Source: Camelus ferus (Eukaryota). Taken from it: a stretch of DNA of 64,000 nucleotides. Below the pieces are notes generated by a model, which did not search any database, was not told the DNA's origin, and saw nothing but the letters and a program-made list of their open reading frames with translations. The DNA lies in assembly GCF_009834535.1 (NCBI RefSeq), contig NC_045715.1, positions 26,722,001-26,786,000 of the forward strand, in the 5' to 3' direction. Position numbers and translations under genes: made by a program. This document shows positions 48,336-63,032 of this stretch, piece after piece (position 1 is the first letter of the stretch; every line of letters begins with the position of its first letter).

Positions 48336-49200
48336 TGTTTTTGACTCAGAATACTGCTGACACCAAATAGGTGGGTTTTCCACACCAAGCAGTTCTCCAC
48401 TTTTCTGTGGACACCAACTGGGTGTCCTGCGATTTAACTTGGTTCTCACAATTACTACCCAGAGTCAGCATAGACGCCACAGGTTCAGGGCTCGGCTCCA
48501 CAGACTGCCCCCACCTCAGACACCGGGCGCCAGCAGGGGACCCACAGCACCACTGCTTCTGTCCGATGTGGCTGCAAAGCGGGGGCTCCCGCGATCCCCT
48601 CTTCAGGCTTGATAAGAGCGCACAGAACTCAGGGAACACTTTATTTACTGTTACCGATTTGTTATAAAAGATATTATGAAGAGTACAAGTGAATGGTTAG
48701 AGGAGGGTGTGCACAGGGGAGGCCCAGAAGGGGAAGGAGGGGAAGGCTGCTGTACCGAGCATGGGAGTGTCTGTCCCTTTGGAGTTTGGGGGGCGCCCCG
48801 CTCCCAGCACCTGAGTACATTCAGCCTCCCAGAAGCTCTCTGAGTCTTGCCCTATAGGGGGTTTTATGGAAATTTCAGCATGACAGATTTTTAACTCAGT
48901 CTCCAGCCCCTCTTCTCTCCCCAGAGTTTGGGAAGTGGGGCCAAAAGGTCTAGGCTTCTAATCACATCTTGAGCCTTCTGGCCACCAGCCCCAGCTTGAA
49001 ACTCTCTGGGTCCACTGAGAGTCACTTCACTGGAAGAAAAAAGGCTCCCAACACCCAGGAAATTCCAAGAGATTTAGGAGCTCTGTGTCAGGGACAAAAG
49101 GTACCCCTGTCACTTCTGCCAGTCATGAAATTCCAAGGGATTTAGGAGCTCTATGCTAGGAACGTGGAATGAGGATCAAAAATTTATTTCTTACATTATC
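48336..49200 (-). mobile_element. MER21-family LTR
   Basis: gacaccaactgggtgtcct...cacagaactcagggaacactttattt...; twin ggaaattccaagggatttaggagctct motifs typical of MER21. Confidence 0.8.
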
Positions 49201-49269
49201 ATGGGCGGGGACATCTTCTTGAATGGAGTGCATGAGTTTTGAAAGAAGGAGATGCCATGGGGTGTTCCT

Positions 49270-50760
49270 TCTTTGGCACTTTTAGTCAACAGGTATTTAT
49301 TGAGCCTTTTAAGTGGGCAGGGTTTTGTTTTGTTATTTTTTTTTTTTTAACATAAGGTACTTTGGCAAAAGCAAGGATGACTCAGACAAGTAATGTCTGC
49401 AAGGAGACTAGCGTGGGATATTGATGAAACAAATGGAAAGCATTTTTTCAGAGACTGCTCCGTGCTGGGCCCTGTGGGGCTGCCAGGGACTTAGAGATGA
49501 ACCAACAGGCACCGTCCCTGCCCCCGAGAACATGGAGTCTAACAGGGAAGACTGATCTTGAACGGTAGTGACAGGTGGGCTGAGTGGAAAGGGAATGTTT
49601 GGGGGGCCCATGGGAGTGTCTAGCAGGGACCTTTATTCTATACTGGGGGTCATGATGACTCCCCTGAAGCAGTGATGGTTCCATTGAGATCTAAAAGCAA
49701 AGTGATGGTTGAGTAAATGAATGAAGGTACAGATAATGACATAGAGCCCCCCTCAGAAGAGGCAGCATATGTGGGAGTCTCAAGTCAGAAAAGAGCTGGG
49801 TCCTTTGTGGGGACACCATTACAAGGAGAATAACTGAGGATTTTGGATTCAATCCTAAGAGTGCTAGAAAGCCACTGAAGGGGTTGAGCAGGCATTTGAG
49901 ATGATCCAATCTACTTTCCAAAAGACCACTCTGGGTAGTCTGTCAGAGAAGAGTACTGTGTGGACCATTAGGAGGTGCTTGGTGCAATCCAAGCTAGGGA
50001 GAACGGACTTGGACCAAAACATTAGCAATGAGGATGGGGAAGAGTAGACAGGTTCAAGAGCTATTCAGGAGGGAAGAGAATAAGACTTGATGGGATTGAT
50101 GGGTGAGTAGGATTAAGGGACACCAGATTTCTGACAAGACGAAGGGTGGTGGTTGGGGTCCTGTATAGGACAGGATATGCCAGAGGAGACCCAGGCTTAG
50201 GGGATTGGGATGATGAACTCAGCCTGCATGTTTTCCGCTGTGCATCAGTTTCATCATCTGTAAAATGGGTTGTTGCAAGTTTAATGAGTAAACTTTAAGT
50301 GCTTAGAACAGCGCCTGGCTCGTAGTGACACTATATAAATGTGTGAGGTACCTGAGGGTCGTCACAGTTGATAGGTACATGAGGCAGCTGGGTCCCAGAA
50401 AACTGGTGGGCTGGAGGTACAGGTTTGAGAGAGGTTAGGATAATCACTGAGTCCTTGCAGATGGCAGAGAAGGCTTCATCTGGGAAAGCAGAGGGGGAGG
50501 AGAGAAGAGGACCCAGGATGGTGGCCTGAGGGACTTCAACGTTTGATGGCAGGGGAAAGGAGGAACAGTCCAGGGAGCCCAAGAGGAACACAGGGCAAGC
50601 AAGAGGGACTACCCAAGTGTGGTCGTCCAGGAAACCAGGAAGGGAGACTCAATAAGGGTCTTCGGCTACCTGGACTGAACCAAATCACCAAGAAATGTCC
50701 ATCGATTTAGTGACAGAGACCACGGCGAGAAAAGACAAGTGCATAGGTAACCAGAATTTG
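49270..50760 (-). mobile_element. Long fragmented L2 LINE, with a MIR inserted at ~50240-50335
   Basis: tatttattgagcc; gagtgctagaaagccactgaagggttgagcagg..gagatgatccaatctactttccaaaagaccactctggg; gtggtgg/ccagg L2 motifs. Confidence 0.75.
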
Positions 50761-51161
50761 AGGTTGAACATAACTGCTCTGGAGTTGAGGAAGGGAGAGG
50801 TGTTCTTACCTGGGAAGGGCTGTGGAAGGCTTGTGGGAGGAAGCCAACTTTGAACTTGGGAAATGAGACCAGGGTCCATGGGGTGGATGGGCCAGGAGGG
50901 CAGGCTGGGTGGAGCTAACTATGTAAACGAAAGTAGAAAAGATGCAGTTTCTGCTGGGACGTGTCAGGTGCACTTACTACCTTCTTTCATTTCTGATTCT
51001 GAAATGCTTCAGAAACCTCAAGCAGGGTCTGGGAATCTTGACTAAGGACATCCCTGGGTTATGGAGAGAGTGGGTCTAGGGAAGAACCTTTTGTTAGCAT
51101 TAGAGCTGCAGGAGTCTGGTTCCAAAGCAGCTGAACTGATGGGCATGGTTTCAGATTCTCT

Positions 51162-51474
51162 TTGTGCTGTCCAAGATGACAGCCACCGGTCATGTGGGGC
51201 TGCTGACACTTGAGATGTGGCTGGTCTGCACTTTGATGAGTTGTAAGGGGACATCCACACCAGATTTTGGTGACTTAGTTTGAAAAAAGGAATGTAAAAT
51301 ATCTCATTGATTATTTTTTACATTGATTATATGTTAAATGACTATATTTTAGATATTTGGGGTTACAGTGTTGGCTTAAAATTAAGTTCAACTATTTCTC
51401 CTTAATTTTTTAATGTGACTGGAAAATGTTTAAAATATGTGTGGCTCACCTTATATTTCTATTGGACCATTCTG
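51162..51474 (-). mobile_element. MER33 (hAT-Charlie)
   Basis: gtgctgtccaa...cacttgagatgtggctgg...aatgtaaaatatctcatt...tatatttctattggac. Confidence 0.88.
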
Positions 51475-52472
51475 ATCTATGTGAAGAAAAGTCTAAAACA
51501 TTCTCATTGAATAAAAGGGCAAAGAATGTTGATATTTAAGACCCTTAGGCTTTCTTAGATATTAATCTCATTATCTTTTTAGAAAATATAAAGATTATGT
51601 AATATTATGCTTTTTATGCCTTAATATGTTTTGCTTTTATTTTAAAAAAAAGAAAAACAACCTTACAAGAATTAAGTTGAAAAGCATGTTCCATGGCTCA
51701 TTAACTATTTTTTTTTTTTTTGATGAGCTCTGGCATGGATCATGAATTACAGGAGAAGAATTTTCAATAAGAGAGCTTTTCAGGGGCCATTCAGCACAGC
51801 CAAACCTATAAAATCATCCCAAGCTGCCTAGAGAGTCACCCTAGGTTTGATGACATCAGAAACTTCCCATTTCTACTCTTTGGAAAGTGTGGACTAGCCC
51901 AGTGGAGCCCAGCCTTGTGTGCGCACAGCCTTCTCCTGGTGGTGGTGTGGCTGGAGGGCTGCCCCTGGCAAGCATCCCTCCATGGGAAGCAGACCAACAC
52001 CTCCCTCCTTGCCAGGAGAGTTGCCCAGCTCCTTGTCCTCACTAGCTCTCCTCCGCCAGGCTGGGACCCATGCTGAGATTGGGGGAACCAGGGAATTTCT
52101 AGGGGGAAATTCTCCAAGGACATGGAGACTTGAAGGATGGGGGCAGAGACTGGATGTAGAGACTAATTTCTTCCTTTGTTGGACTTTGATTCATGATGTT
52201 GACAGCTTAAGAAGGACAAGGGAAGGAAGACAAGAAACTCGGGGCAAGAGGATTAAGAGCTAGCAAAGCAATGCAGGAGATGGGCAGGGAACAGGGTGCC
52301 CGGAGGAGGAGAGGCTGGGTGAGGACAGGAAGTGATGGCAGCCTGAGTTGGGGCAGCAGGGGCTTGGGTGGATGGATGCGAGGGGATGGGAGGCTGGGGC
52401 TGTATTTCTAGACAAAGAATTGCCCTATCATATCTTAGATACTCTTTGGAGGATGCAGGCTGAGGGATTTGA

Positions 52473-52712
<240 letters not shown>

Positions 52713-55189
52713 TAACACGTGTTCATTACACATGGGCACTGTCCTAGGTGCTGGAGGAATGACAATGACTAAATCAGGACAGGAGTAATCCCTGCACTCA
52801 TGCAGGTTACGCTCAAGGAAATAGAGTTCTGTTTTTCAAAAATCCCGTAAGCAGGTACTCACTGGGTTCCAGGAGTGGTGCTGGGTCAGGGACCTGTAAG
52901 ATGACAAACCTAGAGTCCCTCCCCAGGAGGGTGTGCTGCCCTGGGCCATACCTGGGGGCAGCTCTGTGGTCAGGACTCAGTCTGGGGGAAGTAAGTGATC
53001 TCTAATGGATCTTTAGCCCCCGCCCTGTCCCAGGCTGTGTCCCTGTCACCGGGCAGCATGCACGTCAGGGTCACACATTAGTCTCTGGTCTCCCCACACT
53101 TTCCTCCCTCTCCTCCTCTCCTTCATTAAAAGATGTCAGTCTCCTGACGGTGGTCCTCCCTAGCAGGGGGTGCCAGGCCGCACTCAGGGCTTAACTGGAT
53201 TTTGTCTCCTCCCCTTGGCTTTCCCAGCGGCTGTGCTTTCTTCTCTCTTCCTCCATCTCTGTGTCTCTTCCGTCCATCTCTTTCTCTCTGCATCTCCCTT
53301 GCCTCCCTTCTATTTTAGCCCATCTGTCTCTCACTGCTTTTCTTTTCTTGGCCTGCCTTCCTCCTCCTCCATCACTCTCCCCTTTTTCAGACTTGCAGCT
53401 TGTTCCTTAACTTTAGGGTGCGGGTGTTTGAGAGTTAGGACCTGGGTCTTCCTGCACCTGAGGCTCAGCATTCTCCCTCCTGGGAGAGGACAGGCAGGTC
53501 TGGGGCAGTTTGGGGCTGCTTCTCCTTTGTACTCCCTGAAGCCCATTCCTGGCTCCTTTGTTCAGAAAGTCTTACTGTTCAGGATATTTGTTCCATTCCA
53601 GGCTCCATACTGAGCCAGACTGACCTTATAAAATTGGAGGTTTAGAATCATACACTCTTCTAGAGTTGGAAGGAACTGAGAAGCAATTCGATCTTGTGTT
53701 TTAATCTACAGAGGAGGCAGGGAAAGCATAGGGAGGCAACGGACTCACCCAGAGTCACCAGCCAGTCATGGTCACAGCCCGTGGCTGTTCTGGTGCCGGA
53801 ACTCAGTCTGAGACCCTGTTGTGAGATGCATGGGCTGCACACACTGCAAGCCATTGTCTATTATACTCAATGCACATTTATTAAACACCTGCAGAATATT
53901 ACGCTCTGTGTCCAGGAGTCTCACTGTGAGGAAAGCAAGCCTTCAAAAAGCTCGAGTCATGGAAGAAAGGGAGGGAGAGAGGAGAAAATTAATTTCAGGA
54001 GTAATTTATCGTATCTCATGATACTCCAGTTTCCAAATTGACTTACTCTGGAGGTCCCCAAAGTTGATCCCTTATACAGCTAAAACAAAAAATTTATTAA
54101 AATATAGGGCCATCCCTCTCTACTTGCCGAACTAAATTGTTGTCATCTCCCCCCACACTTACACACCCCCTCTCTTTCCCTTGGTACTTCCTCTGTCTGT
54201 AACACCCACCTGTCTCAGCTTCAGTAATCTTTAATAGTTCAGCCCAGTCTTCTCAGACCCTCCCACCCCTTCCCCGCCATGAGCCTTCTGCATTAGATGT
54301 CCCCCACCCTGCGTTCCTGTGGTCCACTGTGGACAGTCCTGCTGCCACAGAGTGCTGATCACTCTGCTTCTGGCACTGGATTATTTCATGAAAGGCAGAG
54401 ACAGTGATTTTTTGTTCAGTACTTTCAGGGCAGCGTACAGTGGTTCACACGTTCACACATATCATTAAATGCATATGAAATGGCTGAATAGTGAGCCAGT
54501 GAAGGCAGGGAAGTGTGTGTTTCATGATCCCTTTGTTTCTGGTTTGTGATCCCCTCTCTCAGGCAGAAGCTAGAGCATGGGGGCCTCAGTCACAGAGATT
54601 TAGCACAGATAGCCACATGAAGTCACAAAAAACAAGTCCAGGCAGGTTTCCCACTGATCTAAAATTTGGATGTTATGAAACAAAATTGTGCAGCCGGAGT
54701 GGACAGAGCTGAGGGAGGAAGGGCAAAGTCCGGGCTGGGTGGCAGGCAGGCAGACCATCAGGAAGGTTCTGGAGGAGGTACATTTTCATGCCAATTTGAA
54801 AGCAGGAAAGTGTCAGAAGGTGGATGAGGGGAACATCCACATGGGAGGGAGACAGGGACAGGAAAGAGCAGGGTATGTGTAACACCCAGAGGCAGATCCA
54901 TTGGCTGGGGGAGAGGGCTGGGTGTTCAATCAGCATTAATGCCTATCCGACTCCCATCATTCCTGCCTCGAGGGCCGGGCCAGAGGCCCTCTGATCTGGG
55001 CTCTGCCTCCCACCTGCACAGACGCCTCCTTAGTCTTTCCAAAACCCAGGGCCTTGGCAGTGTCTCTTTCCCTCTCTCTGTAAAGTTCTTATCTATTGAG
55101 CACCTCTTCTTTGCCAGGCACGGCACTGGTTGCTTTCTATTAGTGCCTCTCAAACTATCTGAAGGAAAGACCAAGGTTTTAAATTTCCA

Positions 55190-55450
55190 AGACTGTCACA
55201 GACCAGTCCTTGTGTCAAATACAATGAGAGTGATATTATCAGAAAAATAAAATTGGAAAAAACAGATGTACAAAATATAAGCACATATTTTCATTAGATT
55301 CAACAGACATAAAATTATATTTTATTAAATAGCCTCAGAACGGATATAAGCAAGGAAAAAAAATTTATTTTTAGTTGTATATATTGTTCATTGAAAGTGT
55401 ATATACCTGCATGGATTCTGCCCATATGTTGGCAGGTCCTGAGATTTGAT
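55190..55450. mobile_element. Old hAT-type (Tip100-like) DNA transposon fragment
   Basis: ggaaaaaacagatgtacaaaatataagc...ttagattcaacagacataaaatta; family recalled only loosely. Confidence 0.45.
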
Positions 55451-55608
55451 GTTTGTGATTTGCATTTTGCCAAGGAAGAAATGGAAGCCTGGGGAGATTT
55501 TATAACTTCCTCAGAGTCATCAATCTAGGCCGGGCTGGGAGATGGATCTACCTGCTGACGTGGAGTGGAGCCGGGGATCCCAGACCATGGGCCTGTCTTA
55601 CCAGGTGA

Positions 55609-55875
<267 letters not shown>

Positions 55876-56016
55876 TAACATTTATTAACCATGTGTGATT
55901 CACATAGGCTTAGGAAATAGGCTGGGCTGACCCCTCTTCCCATTTTACAGATAAGGACAGTGAAGTCTGGGACTGGAACCTGGGTATTCTCAGAGGCTGA
56001 CACTCTGTATTTGTAA

Positions 56017-56220
<204 letters not shown>

Positions 56221-56630
56221 TGACTCACTACACCCCCTTCCTCACTTGCGCCCCTGTCCCTGCACCTGGTGGTCGCGTCCACTTCCTGAATCTGCACTCA
56301 GTACTCTGCTCCGATCCCAGTACCCTCGGCCAAGTTCACCCTCCAGCATCCTCTAGGGTGGACTTGACTCAGTTTCACATCCTGGCTGCCACCCCACTCC
56401 CTCTGAGGAGCTGGGACAGCCACAGATTGGGTGTGCTGGTGGAGGGGAAGATGAACACAAGAAAATGCAATAAGCCTCAGGTCCTGAAGGGCTATCTGAA
56501 GAGAAATCGAAGGCAAGTGCTTGTTTTATGGGAAAACATAACTGGAGGGAGGCTGGGCCTAAGGACAGGTATATAAGAAAGTGCTCTGAGGATGAGGGGT
56601 TCAGCCAGAGATGAGTGTAGGTGAGTACCC

Positions 56631-56649
56631 CAGCCACTAGGGGGCGGTG
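56631..56649 (+). promoter_or_regulatory. Candidate CTCF site
   Basis: CAGCCACTAGGGGGCGGTG closely matches the CTCF core CCACYAGRGGGCRS. Confidence 0.6.
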
Positions 56650-56804
56650 TAGTGTCTGTGGATGAGATTTCCTCACCTAGAGTTGGAGCTATGCAGGCAA
56701 GGAAGAGAGAGTGATGTCTCAGAGGCTGAAAGGGGCCTCTCGCTGCTTCCCAGGCTGCACGGTGTAAGGGTCCAAGAGGGCCAAGAGCTACAGGTTCTTC
56801 TTGT

Positions 56805-57240
56805 GTCTCGCCACTGGCTCGTTTTGGTTTGTGGGAGCCAATTGTTAAATTTTCAGTGGTTTTGCAAGCTGGTTGTTAAACATAGATGTGATGAAAATGT
56901 AAATGACAGAAACTCATGATTAAACAAATGATATCAAAAACAAAGGTAGTAAGTACTTGAAACTTACCAATCCTTAACTACCTAATGCTGTGACTATATT
57001 TTACTGTTATGTATACTCTTTACTGTTAAGTGTGCTCCTTGAGTTTACACCCATTGTATGTGCATGGTGGAAGTATATAAATGGTGCAGCATTTCCAGCT
57101 CCATGTTCAATGACATCACACTGATAGCTTGAAGTCAGCTATGCTGGGAGTATTTTTAACATGGAAATTGGCAAACAACAATCAGGTCTTTTTCTTTTCT
57201 TTCTCCAGAGAGCCAGTTGTTAAGGTTTACAAGCACACTG
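56805..57240 (+). mobile_element. MER63-family DNA transposon
   Basis: gagccaattgttaaattttcag..ttttgcaagctggttgttaaac ... gagagccagttgttaa..tttacaagcacactg. Confidence 0.8.
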
Positions 57241-57762
57241 GTCTGCCTCTGGGGTGTGTGTATGTGTGTGTGTGAGGGAGGGAGAAGGAGAGATGGGCTG
57301 AGCTTTCTGCCCGGAGCTTGGAAACAAAGCCTCAAGGAGAGTGGGAGCCCCCTACCCCCAATCCTGCCTGTTGCTCAGGTTGGGGAGGGGGTCTGGTACG
57401 GGAAGGGGATACAGGAAGGATGAGGAAATGAGGAAGTAGAAGGATCGAGGGGAGGTTGCCAGGTTCATCTCCCACTTCAATTTATTTTTCTTTCCCTTAA
57501 TAAAATTCTGATTGCAGAAGTTACAGTCATGGTGGAAAATTTTTTGGCATACATAAAACTGTATCAGTAGGAAAAAGTAAATAATATTTGTTTTTAACAA
57601 CTTAATTTTAGAGTATATTCTATTTTTCTAGACATATTTGTGTAATCATAAAGAAATACACACAAATGTACTTAGGATCAAATGTAGTAATTATAGGTAG
57701 TGTTTCCCTCAGCTTCATTTATGATATTTCCTCAGGTCATATTAATTATTGTTCTGCTAAAT

Positions 57763-58321
57763 CAAGGGTTTTAAGCCTTTGTGTGTGTGGGTGTGTGTGC
57801 TTGCACGTGTGTGTATATGTTTGTGTGTGCACGCCATGAATGACTTTGGCACCCAGATGAAACCTACTGACCACTTATCAGAATGATGTCTTTAAATAAT
57901 AAAGTAGAAATAGATAAGATTAAAAAATAAACCAATTAAGTTGAAATACAGTTACTAAATATTAAACATTTGTGAGATAGCAGTCAGTGTACTTCTTTAT
58001 GCCTCAAATAGCAAATACTAGCAACCACTGTAATTTTGAAGTGCTGATGAGTGGAAATGATATTTTCAGATACCTATGATATTTTCAACAACCATAATTT
58101 GAGATGAAAATAGCTGTGATTTTTCTGGGTGACAAAGTCCCAGATTCTGCTCATGCCACTATAGATTATTGCCTACATTCATCATTGAAGGAGAGGCTAA
58201 ATTTCAGTTAGAGGTTACCAAAAATAAAAGTGTAATTTTCTTTTCCCATCCAAGTTCACAGACCCCTGAATGTTAGTCATAGACCCCTACAGGAACACAG
58301 ATTCCCGGGTAAGAACCCCCT
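57763..58321 (+). mobile_element. Charlie4a (hAT), near full length, with an internal TG-rich expansion
   Basis: caagggttttaagcc...aaccaattaagttgaaatacagtt...gctaaatttcagttagaggtt...cccatccaagttcacagacccc...gggtaagaacccc. Confidence 0.88.
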
Positions 58322-58782
58322 AAACTCTAATGGTTTTTTAATGTTTTCTGCTAACATTCAAGATAACTCAGATGTTTTCTTAAGGACCCCTTGAAGATCA
58401 CCTTCCCCAACCTTAATCCCTTGACTCTCATGGCCTCCCTGTCTGGAAGTCCTCCTTGTTCTCTGACTGTAATTCTCTTAATTCCCATCCTCACTGGTGA
58501 GGAGCCTTCGGGCTTAACAGTCGTGATAATTATCCTAAGAACTATGACGATCATCCCTTTTACATACACCTTCATTGCTGTGTAACTGACAGTCAATGAC
58601 ATGCAAAAGCGTGGTATTTAAAATGCAAATAAGATGTGAGTCTCCTATGAGGGTGAGAGCATTTTAGTGCTTTAGATAAACATTATAAATGAACCAAGTG
58701 GCTACTGTAGGTGGGACACGGTGGTACCCAGGTAAGGGGGTGACTATTTGCAAAATGTGTGCAGAATAACATTCAAATGTAG

Positions 58783-59265
<483 letters not shown>

Positions 59266-59711
59266 TGATCTGCTTCATTTCTGTGGCTCTGCATCTCTGA
59301 GCCAAGTGCCTGGCTCATACCGGGGCTCCATCACGGGTGGTTGAGTTGAACGCAATGGCTGGGATCAAGATTTTAGGCCCTATGCCTGGGCCAGTGCCTA
59401 TGATGGGGACACTGGGGTCAGTCCTGGGAGCTCAGGCCATGCTATTCTCTTTTCTTCCCTCTGACCTGCTCCAGTAAAGCAAAGAGACAGACAATAAGCG
59501 TAAAGTGTCTTGGTACGGAGTATGTCTCAACAGGTGGGAGCTGTCATTACAAATGCTATGGTTTTCCCACCAGTATTGGCCGTTTGTTCCTTTTGTCATC
59601 AAACATTTCTAAGCACCTACTCTGTGCATAAAATAACCCCCAACTCTCTGCAGAAGATGCAAAAGAGATAAAAGGTAGTGTCCACTCTGTCAAGGAGCTG
59701 GGCAGGGAATA

Positions 59712-60029
59712 TCATCCTCCCTGAGTATCTGTTGGGGGTTGGTTTCAGGATCCCCGAGNNNNNNNNNNNNNNNNNNNNNNNNNNNNNNNNNNNNNNNNNN
59801 NNNNNNNNNNNNNNNNNNNNNNNNNNNNNNNNNNNNNNNNNNNNNNNNNNNNNNNNNNNNNNNNNNNNNNNNNNNNNNNNNNNNNNNNNNNNNNNNNNNN
59901 NNNNNNNNNNNNNNNNNNNNNNNNNNNNNNNNNNNNNNNNNNNNNGGAATTTTTTTTTCCGAATAGCTTCAGTCCACAGTTGGTTGAATTAGTGCATGCA
60001 GAACCCCCGGATTTGGAGGGCTGACTGTA
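59712..60029 (+). mobile_element. MER2 (TcMar-Tigger) spanning an assembly gap
   Basis: Left: ctgagtatctgttgggggttggtttcaggatcccc. Right: cagttggttgaatt..gcatgcagaacccccggatttggagggctgactg followed by TA. Confidence 0.8.
59759..59945. other. Assembly gap (187 N)
   Basis: Run of N. Confidence 1.
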
Positions 60030-60287
60030 ATTATGGGCTGTAAACAGCTGTAAAGTGCTGAAGCAGCATTTCAGCACTGCCCAGCAAAATAAACTAAGCC
60101 CTGAAGGCTGAGAGGAGGGGAAATAGGCAGGGTTGAGACAGGTGTGGAGAGACAAAGGATGCTTCTTAAAAAGGGTGAGCTTTAGGGAAGGTCTGAGATG
60201 AGATGGACAGAGTGGGTAGAGAGAACAGGTGGGGCTTTCTGTATAGTTGGAATGGCAGGAGCGAAGGTGGAGAGGCTGGTCTTGTAA

Positions 60288-60476
<189 letters not shown>

Positions 60477-61269
60477 TGACTTTCTGGACCTGGGGAAGAG
60501 TGTGTGAGTGCTGTCTGGGGGAGTGGCAGAGGGAAGGGGCCAAGGGATCTGGTTTGTGTGGCTGTCACTGCCAACATCATCTTCAGATCATCTTTATAAC
60601 CTCTTGCCTCCTTCGCTCAGGGCCAAGAAAGAATAGCTTGTCATGAACCTTCTTGTCACCAGGGGTTTCTAGGGAGCTTCTGCCTAGGTGGCATCATGAA
60701 TTATGTGTGTCATGGGCAACCCCCCGCTTGGCTGGCCGATGGTGGCTTAGGGCAATGGGGATCATTTATGGGAGGAGGGCAGATGTTGGCTCTTCATTTT
60801 AGAGCTTCCTAAAGACCTGCTTCTGGACTGGTTTCTGGGCTGGCTGGTCATGCTCTTATAGAACCTGCTGTTAGGAGGTGTGACTTCTGATTTTCCTTCC
60901 TTTGGGGTCAGAATGGGATTCCCAGACAGTAAAAATAGCAACAATTGAAGAAGAACTTGAAGAGCAGGTGAATTCCTCAAATTCTAAAGCAATCCGATGC
61001 CCTGGTCAGCTTCTGCTTGTTGAAGGTCAAAAGGGCAATTTAATGATCTCTGCTTTTCCCTCTTTCTGCCAGCGTCCTTTTTTTCTTTTTTTTTCTTTTT
61101 GCACCCAGTCCTAATGACCTGACTTAGGAGGGGTGGACTGGGGGAGTTATTTGTCCCTCCGATGCTGACATCCCCTTGGCCAGTTCTAGCTATTTCTGCT
61201 GACATAATTTCTGACTAGTTGCTGACCATACCTCATCAGGTAATTTTTATGAATAAAAGTAAGTAAGAA

Positions 61270-61400
61270 GTAAATAATATCATGCCCGTTTTACTGATGA
61301 GGAAACTAAGACTTCTGCAAAGTCACAAAACTGGTAAGTGACAGTAGGGATTTGAACCAAGATCTGTTTGATTCCAAAGCGTGTGCTCCATGCCACCCTT
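61270..61400 (-). mobile_element. MIR SINE
   Basis: cccgttttactgatgaggaaactaagact...aagtcacaaaactggtaagtgacagtagggatttgaacc. Confidence 0.85.
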
Positions 61401-61628
61401 CCACACTGCTCTTTGATGCCAAAGACGAAGAGAAAACTGGTCAAGGACTTAAAGGAAGTGAGGCAGGAGAGCTAAGGGAGTAAGTAACAAGGTCAAAGGA
61501 TGTCTCCTCCCACGCTTTCTTGGAACTCTGGGACTTGACGCAGTTCCTGATGAGTTTGCTCTAGGAGATGTGGAGGGACAGACAGGGGTCCACTGAGGAC
61601 TCTTGTGGAAACCAAGATGAGCCAATGA

Positions 61629-61760
<132 letters not shown>

Positions 61761-62029
61761 TAAGTCCCACGCCACTCGTCCGCACTGAAAACCCGTGGTG
61801 ACAGTGCCTCAGTGGGGGATGGTTGGGACCTTTGTGGAGGCTGCCCTTCCACTGGAGACCACCTGCTATAACCAGCACCAATTCAGAAGCAGCTCTCCCA
61901 CCCCCTTGTCCCACGTCTTGCCTGTGCCAGTGTCTGTCCTCTGCTGACCTGCCATCTCATGTCTGATGTTATAGGCAGGTGGACCCGGTAGTCCTCCACC
62001 ATGGCTGTACTGCCCCCTGGGGGGGGGGA

Positions 62030-62180
62030 CATGGAAACACGTGGGACTGTTCTTTGTTTTCCAACTGGCCTGGGGTGGGGGCGCTATTAGTATTGGTTGT
62101 AGAGAGCCAGGAATGTTAAAGGCCCCACAGCGCCCTCCTGCTCAGCAAAGAAATGCCCTGCCCACGGTGCAAGCCGTCAG
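62030..62180 (+). mobile_element. Divergent MER20/MER20B-like fragment
   Basis: gggacat..ggactgttctttgttttccaactgg..gggg..gctattagtatt..gccaggaatgttaaa..gcaaagaaatgccc. Confidence 0.55.
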
Positions 62181-62407
62181 GGCCCTTGCTGACCACAGGG
62201 CACAGTTAAGTTCCTGTGCGTCGCCAGTGAGCCTCCGGTTCTGCCCCATTCATACAGGCTGCTCTATTACATAGGTCTCAAGGGACAGAGGTGGATCCTT
62301 TGCAGTGGAGTTGGCGGTGGAGTGGGGGTGATGGGTAGAATATGAGAGACTGGCTTTGTGTGGGGATGTGGGACTGTGTGAGAACACCGGAGAAGGTAGC
62401 TGCAGGG

Positions 62408-62617
62408 CAGAGGTCCCTGACTGCAGGTGATTTTACCCCCTGGGTGACATTTGCAATGCCTGGAGACATTTTCAGTTGTTACAACTCAAAGTGGGGGTGC
62501 TGGTGGCATCTGAGGGGCAGAGACCAGAGATGCTGCTACTTATCCTACAACTCACAGACCTGCCTCCCACAACCAAAATGACCCAGCCCCAGATGTCAGT
62601 AGAGCTGCGAAGGCCTG
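62408..62617 (+). mobile_element. MER20
   Basis: ggtgattttaccccctgggtgacatttgcaatgcctggagacattttcagttgttacaact...ggcatctgag..agaccagagatgctgcta. Confidence 0.88.
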
Positions 62618-62783
62618 TGAGGTGGCGGGACCCTGGGTTGGCCTCCCCGAGGTATTCTATATGGGACGAGAGTGTTGACGTACAGGCAGGTTTTGCCTTG
62701 GCCTCACCCAGATAGTCTTCAGATTCAGTGAGTCGGGGGCTTGAAGGGGCTGGAACCCTCACCCAGGAGTGGCCTGGTGGTAA

Positions 62784-62921
<138 letters not shown>

Positions 62922-62982
62922 TAGGTCCAGTGCTGGCTGGGTTCCCTGCTGGGTGCCCCCATGGCCAGGTCTTGCTTCTGGA

Positions 62983-63032
62983 GCCCTGGCCATAGGGTGG
63001 CTCTGCTGCCCTGGCCATAGGGTGGCTCTGCT
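62983..63032. repeat. Perfect 25-bp tandem duplication
   Basis: GCCCTGGCCATAGGGTGGCTCTGCT twice (62983-63007, 63008-63032). Confidence 0.95.

Noticed and set aside
49090-49160. Direct repeat gaaattccaag.gatttaggagctct (~49061 and ~49127)
   Set aside because: Built-in feature of the MER21 LTR consensus, not a CRISPR-like or novel array.
58391-58585. Hydrophobic 64-aa ORF with a superficial resemblance to a mitochondrial ND subunit (possible NUMT)
   Set aside because: Only a vague SLSGSPP/SLGGLPP likeness, with no sustained mtDNA-like match or adjacent tRNA.
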